Shown: piece by piece, positions 1 to 9,250 of the stretch
How the letters are laid out: every line of letters starts with the position of its first letter
Position numbering within the stretch: position 1 is the stretch's first letter
Assembly (NCBI GenBank): GCA_964542875.1
Contig: CAZIWA010000014.1
Span: forward strand, 1-64,000
Length of the DNA: 64,000 nucleotides
Origin: an uncultured Phycisphaeraceae bacterium
GTDB lineage: Bacteria > Planctomycetota > Phycisphaerae > Phycisphaerales > Phycisphaeraceae
Direction: 5' to 3'
The notes under the pieces: generated by a model
Databases searched by the model: none
What the model saw: only the letters and a program-made list of their open reading frames with translations
Told to the model about the DNA's origin: nothing
Position numbers and translations under genes: made by a program

Positions 1-23
1 AATCGATAAAAGCGGTTCTCTGC

Positions 24-356
24 TCATGATGCGATAGTCCTTGTTTCAATACTTGTTAGACCGCTCACCCTGGTGTTGGTCGGTGCATACACCCGCTCCA
101 AATCCCGCAGCAGCGGCAAATCATCAACCCGCTTGACCACTCCTTCCACCGTCTGCGTCCATAGCACCGCACCGCCGACGCTAATCGCCGCCACCTCGCG
201 CTTATCAGGATCAACGTCATACATCACAGGCAACGCCGGCCGCACCGCCGCCGCCCGTTCCTCTGTCGAAACACGCGCGCACCCCAGCGCCAACCACGCC
301 AGGCACAGCAAAATCCAACCTTTGAATCCAACTCCGGAAGTCATACCCCAAAGCAT
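24..356 (-). CDS. small secreted protein or lipoprotein of unknown function
   Basis: 110-aa ORF with an N-terminal hydrophobic signal-like segment ending in LALGC (lipobox-like). It sits at the window edge with no recognisable domain. An overlapping + strand ORF is an Arg-rich artefact. Confidence 0.3.
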   Translation of the reverse strand: MLWGMTSGVGFKGWILLCLAWLALGCARVSTEERAAAVRPALPVMYDVDPDKREVAAISVGGAVLWTQTVEGVVKRVDDLPLLRDLERVYAPTNTRVSGLTSIETRTIAS

Positions 357-405
357 ATCAATTGCTCCCCGGATTCTCTCCCGATGCGACCCTGTACTCG
401 CCCTC

Positions 406-1656
406 TTACGACTTCACCAGCGTCCCGCGCTGGCGCATCACCCCAAGCCGCCTCACCCCGCGTCCCAACGCACGCCACAAACTAAACTCCAGCGTCCCCC
501 AGATGCTCAGCATCGCATGCAGCGGTCGCACCGATGCCCGCGGCCACACACTGCAATACCGCCCCTCGCACTGTGGCCGAAACCGCGTCTTAAAGTGATA
601 GATCCCAGGCGTATCAAAAATGAAATTCATATATCGGTGCGTCATCCGGATATACGCATGGATGAACCAGCTATCCCCCGCCCGCCGCCCCTGGCACTGC
701 GCCGCCGGCATCAGGCAAAGCGATGTCTCCTCCACCCCTTCCTCAATGAAGGTCTGCATCGCTCCGTGCATTAGAAACGGCATCGTCCCGCGCACCGCGT
801 CCCCCCGTGACCGATACATTTCAATCGCCCACGCAGTCCCATCCCGGTAAGGCGTGCACACGATAAACCCCTCCACCCGTCCCGCCCCGCCCTCAGCCAC
901 CGCCGCGAACACCCGTCGGCGATAAAGCCCTTCGGGGTCAAACCGCCCCACGAAATAACGCATCGTGTGCCCGTGCGGCGTGCGATCCAAAAATGCCCGA
1001 GAAATGTCCTCCAATTCCGCCAATCGTTCCCATCCCCATGTTCCTGCGCCGCCGGAAATATTCTCATCGTCCTCCAGCCCGCCATGATCGATCTCCCTGC
1101 AAACCAGCCCCTGTCGCCGCCCATAGCTTGTCTGCCTGCGTACCCATTCGTACGCCTTCCCTTGCCATGTGCAGCCGCGCAGCCGGATCACCGCATCTTC
1201 TCCGATCTTCGTGGACTGAAACCCATATCGATCAAACAACTCCAGGTCCCGCTCAGCGACATTCCCAAAGCACGCCGTCCATCCATGTTTCCTGCAGTGA
1301 TGCATGAACTCCTTCAGCAGTGTTTCCCGTGCCTCATCAGGCCCGATCAGCCCGCCGATCACCACACAATGCAACCCACGCAGCACAAATCCCAGAACCG
1401 CCTGTTGCCCGGTGGACCAAAAGTACGTCCGGTCCAGATCCATCGCCAGATACGAGTCGTAAGACCCTCCATGCTGGAAGGCCATTGCCTCCAGCCGCGC
1501 GATGGATGCGCAATCCATCGTCGCGCCGGATTCGATCACCGGGGCGCTCATCGCGCCGATCATTTCCAATAAGTCACGGGGCATCAAAGCCCTCCCCTCT
1601 GCATCCCTTGCCGTCCGACCCGAGGTCACAAAAGGAACCTCGCGCTCAATCGCCAT
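406..1656 (-). CDS. DUF2156-like protein (resembles the C-terminal aminoacyl-phosphatidylglycerol synthase domain of MprF)
   Basis: 416-aa ORF with normal amino-acid composition. The by-eye resemblance to the LPG-synthase C-terminal (FemAB-like) family is my recollection and not a search result. Confidence 0.45.
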   Translation of the reverse strand: MAIEREVPFVTSGRTARDAEGRALMPRDLLEMIGAMSAPVIESGATMDCASIARLEAMAFQHGGSYDSYLAMDLDRTYFWSTGQQAVLGFVLRGLHCVVIGGLIGPDEARETLLKEFMHHCRKHGWTACFGNVAERDLELFDRYGFQSTKIGEDAVIRLRGCTWQGKAYEWVRRQTSYGRRQGLVCREIDHGGLEDDENISGGAGTWGWERLAELEDISRAFLDRTPHGHTMRYFVGRFDPEGLYRRRVFAAVAEGGAGRVEGFIVCTPYRDGTAWAIEMYRSRGDAVRGTMPFLMHGAMQTFIEEGVEETSLCLMPAAQCQGRRAGDSWFIHAYIRMTHRYMNFIFDTPGIYHFKTRFRPQCEGRYCSVWPRASVRPLHAMLSIWGTLEFSLWRALGRGVRRLGVMRQRGTLVKS

Positions 1657-1858
1657 CCTAGGGCAACCCCCCGCTTCCGGCCGGACTTTCCCTCTAAATC
1701 AGCCGCCAAGTCATCCCAACGAGGACTTTCCCCTCGCCCACGCTTCCCCTTTCCCCTAACAAATGTCCCGCCCCCTCAAATCCGCTTGCCTCCCTTATTT
1801 CTCACTTTCCGAAAATATTCACTTGTACCTCGCACCTTTTTCCCGATACCTTTCTTCC

Positions 1859-2698
1859 ATGCCAGACCTCATCCTCACACAAGCCCAGAAGACCTTTTTC
1901 AACACCTTCGGCTACCTCGCCTTCCCCGGCCTCCTCAAGGACACCATCGCCGACATCACCGACGCCTTCGAAGCCGTCTTCAAAAAGCATGGCGGCGGCC
2001 ACTCCGGCAAACCCCACGACGGCAAACAACGCTCCTGCATCGTCCCCTTTCCCGACAAACACCCCACCCTCAGCGCTCTCCTGGACGACCCCCGCATCCA
2101 CGGCCTCGCCGCCTCCCTCTTAGGCGACGACTTCAACTACATGGCCTCCGACGGCAACTATTACGCCGGCGACACCGGCTGGCACTCCGACGGCTGGCAC
2201 ACCCACCCCACCCACATCAAAATCGCCTTCTACCTTGATCCCCTCACCAAAGACACCGGCGCCCTCCGCGTCATCCCCGGCAGCCACCTCCCAGGCGACA
2301 AGTTCTCCGAATCCCTCAAAACCCTCATCGCCTTTCAAGGCGACTCTCTGGGCCTCCAAGGAAAAGACATCCCCGCCGTCGCACTCGAAGTCACCCCCGG
2401 CGACATTCTCGTCTTCAACCACAACATCAAGCATGCCGCCTTCGGCGGCTCCGGCTGGCGGCGCATGTTCACGCTTAACCTCTGCCAACGCTACCCCGAA
2501 GACCGCACCCACGAACTCCGCCAGTACATATCCAACTGGTCACGCTTCTGGATGGAAAAAGGCTACGAAGACTACATGCTCAGCACCGCCACCCCACAGC
2601 GGCAAAAACACCTCCAGCAAGTCCTCGCCAACGACTACGAACTCGCCGCCCTCACCCAGGCCGCGCGCGCCAAAATGGCCGAACCCTCCCGCGGCTGA
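1859..2698 (+). CDS. phytanoyl-CoA dioxygenase (PhyH) family Fe(II)/2-oxoglutarate-dependent oxygenase
   Basis: ATG at 1859 (MPDLILTQAQ). Carries an H-x-D...H facial-triad-like pattern (WHSDGWH ... NHNIKHAAFGG). Size and motif spacing are typical of the PhyH family. Confidence 0.6.
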   Translation: MPDLILTQAQKTFFNTFGYLAFPGLLKDTIADITDAFEAVFKKHGGGHSGKPHDGKQRSCIVPFPDKHPTLSALLDDPRIHGLAASLLGDDFNYMASDGNYYAGDTGWHSDGWHTHPTHIKIAFYLDPLTKDTGALRVIPGSHLPGDKFSESLKTLIAFQGDSLGLQGKDIPAVALEVTPGDILVFNHNIKHAAFGGSGWRRMFTLNLCQRYPEDRTHELRQYISNWSRFWMEKGYEDYMLSTATPQRQKHLQQVLANDYELAALTQAARAKMAEPSRG

Positions 2699-3137
2699 AA
2701 TTCCCGATTCTGTTTTTCGACCTTTATGGGCAAAGCCCTTTCAGGAGAGGACTGCGTTGAGGACCACCTGCGGATGCCCTCAACGCAACGCCCCACCACT
2801 CCACCCCTCGTCCTTTCCCCATTTCCCCCTCATCCCATCCCTTTTCATTCAGTAAAAATTTCTCTCGCCCCATCCCCACGCGCTTCCCAAATTGTAAACC
2901 GACCTTCCAATAAATCAACAATAATAAACAAATATTTTATATAAATTATCCAAAACAACATAACTACTATTATTAAAACCACTTAAATAAACCCTGCCAA
3001 ACCCAGCCTCAACTTCAATTCCATTCAGCGAAATTTCAATCTTCATTAAATTGAACCAATCCATCCCCTCACCCGTCAGTTAGCATGCAGAACAGGTTCT
3101 GATTCTCTCTCCAACACTTCGCCAGGGAAGCCACATC

Positions 3138-6100
3138 ATGAAAACCACACCCCGTTTCCGCCCTGCCTGCGCCGCTTTCCTGGCTTTGTGCCTCCTGGTC
3201 CCCGCATCAGCCACCGCGCCGCTCTACAGCGCCGCCCCGGCCCCCGCCGCCGCGCCCACGGTCGACCCACAAGCCCTGCAGCAAATCCTCGGCGTCCCCG
3301 CCGACTGGGTCATCCCCGCCAAAAACATCGCCATCGTCGATGTCGACGGCCAAAAGGCCCTCGCCTCCGAAAACAAGATCCCCGTCGTCCTCGAAACCAA
3401 AGCCAGGCTCGAAGGCTCCACCCAGTTCTCCGCAGTCATGCGCCTGCGCCCCGAAGACAAGGGCAGCCCCTCTGTCACCTTCAGCCTCTTCGCCCAGGCC
3501 AAGCCCGATAAAACCCCCGCCTCCGTGCAATTCTCCGTCGCCACCACAGGCGGCACCAACATCCTGCGCGCCCACTTGGCTGTCTCTGGCTACAAAGAAC
3601 TCAAGCCCGAAACCTACTACCTGAATTTCGATCCCGTCAGCGATGTCAGCCTCGCCTGGTCGGAGGAAATGCGCTCCACCATTGAGTCGCAGATCGCCAA
3701 CGCCCCGCAAGTCGCCGACACCACCGTCATCGCCCGCTGCACCGTCGTGGGCCGTCAGGTCCGCGCCTGGGTCAATGGCCGCTACATCGGTCAGCAAACC
3801 CTCCCCGAAGACTTTGTCCCCGCCGGCACGCTCAAGGTCAGCGCCACCACGCAGTCCCAGCTCTTAAGCCTCCGCGTCAGCCCCGTCGCCGCCTACGGCC
3901 TCTTTGAACCTGTCTCCCTCCACGCCAACACAAACGCCACCAAGCTCGCCGGCGACGCCGTCGTCCCCGGCTCTCTCCCCGGCAGCCTCAACACCGACGC
4001 CATCGCCCAGGGCCGCACCGCCACCGTCGCCGGCGTCCCCTTTGAATTTCCCAGCCCTAAAGCCGGCGTGCAGCCCCAGGTCGACATCGGCCAATCCTGG
4101 ACGCGCTTTGGCGCGCTCCCCGGCTACTTCTCCTCAAACCACGGCGGCTTCGGCGGCCGCTGGATCGGCGCCACCCGCATCGATCCCTCCCGCATCGCCA
4201 TGTATGTCCCCACCGCCCGCTACAAGGCCATCCACCTCATCGCCGTCGCCGATGGACGGCCCGATTCCGTCCCCGTCGTCAGCGCCCAGTTCTACCGGCC
4301 AGACGCAGGCCATCCCATCAGCTTCGCCGCCAACAAAGTCCCCGGCCTTAAAGACGCCTCCACCACCTCCGCTGGCATCCCCATCAAGCTCGCTTCCGGC
4401 AAAGACGCCACGCTTTACCACATCACCATCCCGCTGGACCCCGACGCCTTCTCCTGGTTCTCAGACCTCGGCAAAATCGGCCTGGAGCTCACCAAGCAGG
4501 TCCACTACTACCGCGGCTACCCCGACCCCCTTGAATACTCCTTCCACGGCGGCGGGCTCCCTTCCTCCGTCCAGGTCTACGCCATGACGCTCGAACGCGC
4601 CGGCATGGACATCGACATCGTTCCCGACACCTACGGCCACGTCTGGACCGCGCCCCAGCAGCCCAAATACAACATCGTCCTGAAAAACGACTCCGGCAAG
4701 GCCTCCACCGTCCGGCTCAACATCAACACCACCAGCTCCGACGGCACCGATAAAACCGCCCAGACTCTGGACGTCGTGCTTCCCGCCGCCAACACCCCTG
4801 TCAGCGTCCCCGTCACGCTCAAGCCCACGCGTTACGGCCTCCACGAGATCTCCGTCACCGTCAACAGCGAAGCCGGCTCCAACATCTTCAAGCGAAACTT
4901 CGCCCACCTTCATGCCAACACGCGTGAACAAGCCATCTGGGAAAACGGCCGCGGCCCCATCTTCGGCTTCTGGGCCTGGGGCGGCGGGCACGACACTCCT
5001 AAAACCGACAAAGAGCTCCCTGTCATGGCCGCCGCCGGCGCCGAAAGCTCCACCGCAAACTACGGCAAGCAGTCGCCTGAAATCATTGCCATGGCGGAAA
5101 AATACCGCTTCATCTCCGAAGCCGCGTTCGACGGCGGAATGATGTACATCACCGGCTTCGTCTCCGCATCCCCGGCCGCCCCCAAATGGACGCCGGACAA
5201 GCCCCAGGAAGCCGGCCAGGCAGTCGTCGAGTACCTCAAGAAAACCGAGATGCCCGTCAGCGCCATCAGCCGCCCCACCTTCGTCACCTTCTTTGCCGAA
5301 CCGCAGATCGGCAACATCACCACAGGCATCTGGCCCACCCACTACGGCGAAGAATACAAGCTCACCGAGTCCGAGCAGAAAACCTACGAATCCATGCTCG
5401 CCCGCTACACCGCCACCGCAAGCGCCATCCGTAAGCAATGGCCTAACTACAAGCTCCTCCTCCCCTACGGCGACCCCATGAACGCCGCTGTCTTCCTCCG
5501 GCTTAACAAGGAAGTTGCCCCCCTCATCGACGGCGTCGGGCTTGATCTCCCCGGCTTTGAACGCCTCCCCGAGCAGCAGGTCAACCAGGTCGTCTTAAAC
5601 CGCATGTACCCCGTGCTCAGCGACATCCGCAAGTACAAAAAAGACCCTGACTTCGTCCTCGTCGAAGGCACCCACATCTCTTCCAAGGACATCGACACCG
5701 GCCAGATCGGCCAAGCCGAAATCTCCATCCGCAATTACCTCGTCCTCATGGGCTACGGCATCACCAAGTTTGAGTCCGGCAACGCGCCCTTTGACTGCGC
5801 CAACTACTGGGGCGAAAACCACTACGGCGGCGGCTGGATGTCCCGCGTCCCCATGGCCATGCCCAAGCTCGCCTACGTCTACCTCGCCACCATCAGCCGC
5901 AACTTGAACCGCTGCAACTTCGTCAAGTACATCCCCACCCCCAGCACCTCCAGCTACTGCCAGCAGTACAAGCACTACAAAGACGGCCACCTCGTCCATC
6001 CGTTCTGGACGGTCCGTGGTACCCGCGATGTCACCCTCAAGCTCCCCGCCGGTGCCAGCATCACCGTCGTCGACTCGCAGGACAACGCCACCGTGCTTAA

Positions 6101-7286
6101 GGAACAAAACGGCACCGTGACTTTTAAGATCAGCTCTTCCCCGGTCTACGTCCATGGCCTCACCGCTGACCCTGTCATGACCCTGGGCGAAAGCGACCAC
6201 TCCGATTCCTTACCCGGCAACCTCGCCAAAAAGGTGGCAAACCTCGGCGACGGAAGCTGGAGCGTCATCGTTGAAAGCGATCAGGAATACCTCAAAAACA
6301 AGCCGCTTCAGATCGAGCGGTTCCAGGGCAACATGACCGCCGCCCCCGTCGAAGCGCCCAAGGCACAGGGTTCCAAGGCGCTGGCCGTCCACCTGCCCAA
6401 GCAGGAAAAAGACCGTGGCGTCATGCCCTTCTACACCACGCTCAAGCCTTCCAAGCCTGTCACCCTTCCCGGTAAAGGTGCGGAGCTTGGCCTCTGGGTC
6501 CACGCCGCCAGCGACTGGGGCCGCGTCGTCTACACCGTCCGCGACGCCAAAGGCGAAAAATGGATCAGCGTCGGAACCAAGGAAGACTGGAACTGCGACG
6601 ACATCCACGGCTGGAGCAACTTCTGCTTCGACGGCTGGCGCTACGTCACCTTCCAGCTCCCCTCCAGCCTCCCCTACGACAGCTACCGCGAACGCGGCAC
6701 CTCCTGGTGGGGCTCCTATGGCGGCGACGGCATCGTCGATCTCCCCCTCTCCCTTGAAAAAGTCACCATCGAACGCCGCCCCAAGGCCATCGTCGGTAAC
6801 GATCTGGTCCCTGTGAAGCCTGACGATGTTCTCCTGGGCGACCTCTACGTTGAATACGAAACCCCGCTGGACCAGACCAAGGAAGTCGTCCGTCTCTCCA
6901 ATCTGCGCATGCCCGTGCCGCCGCCTGCGGACACATCCGGCATCAAAAACCCCATCGCAGACATGACCGCTTCCGGCGTCGGCGCACCCACCCAGGTCCT
7001 GGGCGTCAAAGACCCCGAGCACGAGTATGACGGCACACGCTGCCATGTGAACTTCACCCCCGTCCCCGACGCCAAATCCTACGACGTCTGGGTCAGCGCC
7101 TACGCCGACGGCCGCGGCGCGCTCAAGCTCGGCAAAGCCTGGACGGAATCCGGCAAACTCATCCGCGGCATGCGCCCCGACCGTGACTTCTGGGTCTTCG
7201 TCACTTACACCGACAAGGACGGCAAAGTCTCCAAGCCCTCCACCGGCCTGCAATTCCGCCTCCAGGATCGCTTCGGCTACAAATAA
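3138..7286 (+). CDS. very large secreted protein (1382 aa), function unknown
   Basis: Long uninterrupted ORF with a clear signal peptide (MKTTPRFRPACAAFLALCLLVPASATA), coding-like composition and an RBS-like GGGAAG upstream. An AT-rich promoter island lies upstream. The antisense ORFs inside it are Gly/Asp/Arg-rich artefacts. Confidence 0.75.
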   Translation: MKTTPRFRPACAAFLALCLLVPASATAPLYSAAPAPAAAPTVDPQALQQILGVPADWVIPAKNIAIVDVDGQKALASENKIPVVLETKARLEGSTQFSAVMRLRPEDKGSPSVTFSLFAQAKPDKTPASVQFSVATTGGTNILRAHLAVSGYKELKPETYYLNFDPVSDVSLAWSEEMRSTIESQIANAPQVADTTVIARCTVVGRQVRAWVNGRYIGQQTLPEDFVPAGTLKVSATTQSQLLSLRVSPVAAYGLFEPVSLHANTNATKLAGDAVVPGSLPGSLNTDAIAQGRTATVAGVPFEFPSPKAGVQPQVDIGQSWTRFGALPGYFSSNHGGFGGRWIGATRIDPSRIAMYVPTARYKAIHLIAVADGRPDSVPVVSAQFYRPDAGHPISFAANKVPGLKDASTTSAGIPIKLASGKDATLYHITIPLDPDAFSWFSDLGKIGLELTKQVHYYRGYPDPLEYSFHGGGLPSSVQVYAMTLERAGMDIDIVPDTYGHVWTAPQQPKYNIVLKNDSGKASTVRLNINTTSSDGTDKTAQTLDVVLPAANTPVSVPVTLKPTRYGLHEISVTVNSEAGSNIFKRNFAHLHANTREQAIWENGRGPIFGFWAWGGGHDTPKTDKELPVMAAAGAESSTANYGKQSPEIIAMAEKYRFISEAAFDGGMMYITGFVSASPAAPKWTPDKPQEAGQAVVEYLKKTEMPVSAISRPTFVTFFAEPQIGNITTGIWPTHYGEEYKLTESEQKTYESMLARYTATASAIRKQWPNYKLLLPYGDPMNAAVFLRLNKEVAPLIDGVGLDLPGFERLPEQQVNQVVLNRMYPVLSDIRKYKKDPDFVLVEGTHISSKDIDTGQIGQAEISIRNYLVLMGYGITKFESGNAPFDCANYWGENHYGGGWMSRVPMAMPKLAYVYLATISRNLNRCNFVKYIPTPSTSSYCQQYKHYKDGHLVHPFWTVRGTRDVTLKLPAGASITVVDSQDNATVLKEQNGTVTFKISSSPVYVHGLTADPVMTLGESDHSDSLPGNLAKKVANLGDGSWSVIVESDQEYLKNKPLQIERFQGNMTAAPVEAPKAQGSKALAVHLPKQEKDRGVMPFYTTLKPSKPVTLPGKGAELGLWVHAASDWGRVVYTVRDAKGEKWISVGTKEDWNCDDIHGWSNFCFDGWRYVTFQLPSSLPYDSYRERGTSWWGSYGGDGIVDLPLSLEKVTIERRPKAIVGNDLVPVKPDDVLLGDLYVEYETPLDQTKEVVRLSNLRMPVPPPADTSGIKNPIADMTASGVGAPTQVLGVKDPEHEYDGTRCHVNFTPVPDAKSYDVWVSAYADGRGALKLGKAWTESGKLIRGMRPDRDFWVFVTYTDKDGKVSKPSTGLQFRLQDRFGYK

Positions 7287-7307
7287 CCCAATCCCAATCA
7301 ACCCAAC

Positions 7308-7350
7308 ACGCTTCCTGCCCCTCTCTTTGGGAGAGAGGCAGGGGTGAGGG
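7308..7350 (+). repeat. GC-rich hairpin (CCTGCCCCTCTC-TTTGG-GAGAGAGGCAGG) followed by GGGGTGAGGGTCGC; member of a two-copy hairpin family
   Basis: 11/12-bp stem immediately downstream of the 1382-aa gene. There is no T-run, so it is not a canonical intrinsic terminator. A near-identical module occurs at 35441-35485. Confidence 0.5.
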
Positions 7351-7409
7351 TCGCATTCGCGCACCTTCAACACCCCATTTCAATCCCAAACACCAACCAT
7401 TTTCACTTT

Positions 7410-8633
7410 TTACTTTTCACTTCTCTTCGGCGGCTCCGGCGTCTGCTCATAAACCCCCACCCACTCCTCCGCCAGCGTCGCATCGCAAAACAACACCCAG
7501 CTCCTGACACCCACCCCAGCCTGCCGCAACACGTTTTTCACCACACCCAGCGCATCATCGATATGCATCAGCGCCAGGTCCAGATACGTGTAACGCAGCC
7601 CGGTCGCTCCGCCAGTCACGCACCCATGCTCCAGCGGGATCAGCGCCTGGTTTAGTGCAACATGCAGCCTGTATCGCAGGTCAGCCCGCGCCGAAGAAGG
7701 GATCTCCGCATCATCCACCTTCACATAGCAAAACGTCTCGCCATGGCGTGAAAACCGCTCGCTGGAAAACCGACCCGCTCGATGCTGGGCAAACCATAAT
7801 CTCGAGTCTTCGCTCACCGCTAAAAACACGTCCTGCGTCCCCGGGTAATCCTCCGCAGGCACAGGATCCTGTTCCAGCCGGATCATCGATTGCTTGGTCT
7901 GCCGCAGTTCCGCGCTGTCCACCCGGTTGCACAAAAACAACGGCTCATGCGGCCGCTGATCCTTCAACGTCTGAATCAACGCCGCCACCGTCCCCGGCAT
8001 TTGGACCACAGACCTTGCCTTCACGGGCTTGAGCGCTTTTAAAACCGAGCCCCATCCCGTGTCCGGGCCGCGCACGGTGATAGCCCCGATCCACGTGTTC
8101 ATCTCTTCCTCGCCCAGCAGCGCTTCCGTCGTCAGCAGCATCGCGTGATGCATCTGAATTGATTCATCGTTGGCCTTGTAGTGCAGATCGATCTGGTTGT
8201 GATCGCCGATCCGGGCCTCCACCAACGCGGAAGTGATATCCACATACGTCCGGACGCCGATGCTCTGCCTTGCCAGCGAGTACGTCTCCGGAAGCCGGTA
8301 ACCGAAAAACTCCCACCCCTCCAGCTTCGGCGCGCGCGACAAAATCGCATCCACCAGCGGCCTGAGCCCAAGCTCAGACTCCGGTGTAATCACCAGCCGC
8401 AACCCCCGCCCCTGGCTGCCGATGCCGTACTCCCACATCAGCGCGGGTGAAACCGCCTGCAGCGTCTGGCTCATCCACTCCGCCAGGTCCCATTGATGCC
8501 GCTGCGCAAACAAATCCACAATCGCGGGCGTCTTGTCCACAAACGCGCCCCACCACGCATCGATTTTCGCGATCACTTGCGCGCGCTGGGCCGCCTCTGC
8601 CTGATTGTCGCGGTCGATGAATCGCCAGCGCAT
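7410..8633 (-). CDS. hypothetical protein (about 407 aa)
   Basis: Long ORF. I prefer the internal ATG at 8633 (MRWRFIDRD) because it has a GGAGGG RBS 7 nt upstream and because a terminator hairpin lies between it and the upstream gene. The track ORF extends to 8732 through a GTG immediately after the upstream stop. Confidence 0.55.
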   Translation of the reverse strand: MRWRFIDRDNQAEAAQRAQVIAKIDAWWGAFVDKTPAIVDLFAQRHQWDLAEWMSQTLQAVSPALMWEYGIGSQGRGLRLVITPESELGLRPLVDAILSRAPKLEGWEFFGYRLPETYSLARQSIGVRTYVDITSALVEARIGDHNQIDLHYKANDESIQMHHAMLLTTEALLGEEEMNTWIGAITVRGPDTGWGSVLKALKPVKARSVVQMPGTVAALIQTLKDQRPHEPLFLCNRVDSAELRQTKQSMIRLEQDPVPAEDYPGTQDVFLAVSEDSRLWFAQHRAGRFSSERFSRHGETFCYVKVDDAEIPSSARADLRYRLHVALNQALIPLEHGCVTGGATGLRYTYLDLALMHIDDALGVVKNVLRQAGVGVRSWVLFCDATLAEEWVGVYEQTPEPPKRSEK

Positions 8634-8668
8634 GCGTATCCCTCCAGGAATGGCTTTCAATTCCATCC

Positions 8669-8707
8669 TATCAACAACAAGGCCCACGCAAATGGATTGC
8701 GTGGGCC
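8669..8707 (-). terminator. Rho-independent terminator-like hairpin downstream of the 148-aa gene
   Basis: Perfect 10-bp stem (GGCCCACGCA / TGCGTGGGCC) with a 7-nt loop, followed on the minus strand by a U-rich tract (UUGUUGUUGAU). Confidence 0.5.
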
Positions 8708-8732
8708 CTGAATCAAACCTTTTATGCTTCAC

Positions 8733-9179
8733 TCACTTGGCGGCCTGCGCCAGTTCAGCATGCACCTTGCCCCACTTATCCAGGTGGTCTTTCACGCTCA
8801 TCACCACCCGGTTGTCCGCGGCGTAAGTCCCGCCCAGCGCCGGCGAAACCTTGTAGCTGTACACCTGCCCGGGTTCCAGCATCACGCCACTGCTCGAAAG
8901 CTTGTCCACCACCGGGCGCATCAGCCAGTTACCGGATTTGCACGACATGCAGATGTGTTCCAGCACGTCTTCCTTGCTGTCGCCGATCTGGCGCATCTCG
9001 CCCTGGCCAACATCCAGCATGTGGACGGTGCCCGGCGTCGTGGTGAGCAGCAAGTCGCCCGCACGCGTCACCATCCACACCTTGTACGGCCAGCGCAGCA
9101 GCCAGCGCCACTCCTTAAGCAAGGTCGGCCAGTCATGTCCTGCCGGGTCGATCGTGTAGTCTTTTAGTTGCATTTCCAT
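8733..9179 (-). CDS. hypothetical protein (148 aa), possible immunity-protein-like small protein
   Basis: ORF with an ATG start, sitting 72 bp downstream of the SLOG-like gene on the same strand and followed by a terminator. No domain recognised confidently. Confidence 0.5.
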   Translation of the reverse strand: MEMQLKDYTIDPAGHDWPTLLKEWRWLLRWPYKVWMVTRAGDLLLTTTPGTVHMLDVGQGEMRQIGDSKEDVLEHICMSCKSGNWLMRPVVDKLSSSGVMLEPGQVYSYKVSPALGGTYAADNRVVMSVKDHLDKWGKVHAELAQAAK

Positions 9180-9250
9180 ATAGGTCTCCCTTCAGTGCTT
9201 CCCCGGCTATCTCAACTTTATGCAATATCTCTTGTTAAAACAAATACCTT

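Noticed and set aside
73-774. 233-aa + strand ORF overlapping the DUF2156-like gene and the small signal-peptide ORF
   Set aside because: Arg/Pro/Ser-rich low-complexity translation typical of an alternate frame in high-GC DNA. It overlaps two better-supported genes on the other strand.
2754-2786. Hairpin GCGTTGAGG-N15-CCTCAACGC downstream of the PhyH-like gene as a terminator
   Set aside because: The 9-bp stem has a 15-nt loop and no T-run. It is possibly structural but not convincing as an intrinsic terminator, so it is not listed as a feature.
3207-7373. Series of long antisense ORFs (3207-3797, 4461-5438, 5595-6200, 6210-7373) inside the 1382-aa gene
   Set aside because: Gly/Asp/Ala/Val-rich translations with no motifs, all antisense to a single uninterrupted 4.1-kb ORF that has a signal peptide and coding-like composition. 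They are GC-rich frame artefacts.
7410-8732. Extended 440-aa version of the hypothetical gene starting at a GTG immediately after the upstream stop codon
   Set aside because: A terminator hairpin (8669-8707) lies inside the putative N-terminal extension. A much better ATG with a GGAGGG RBS exists at 8633.
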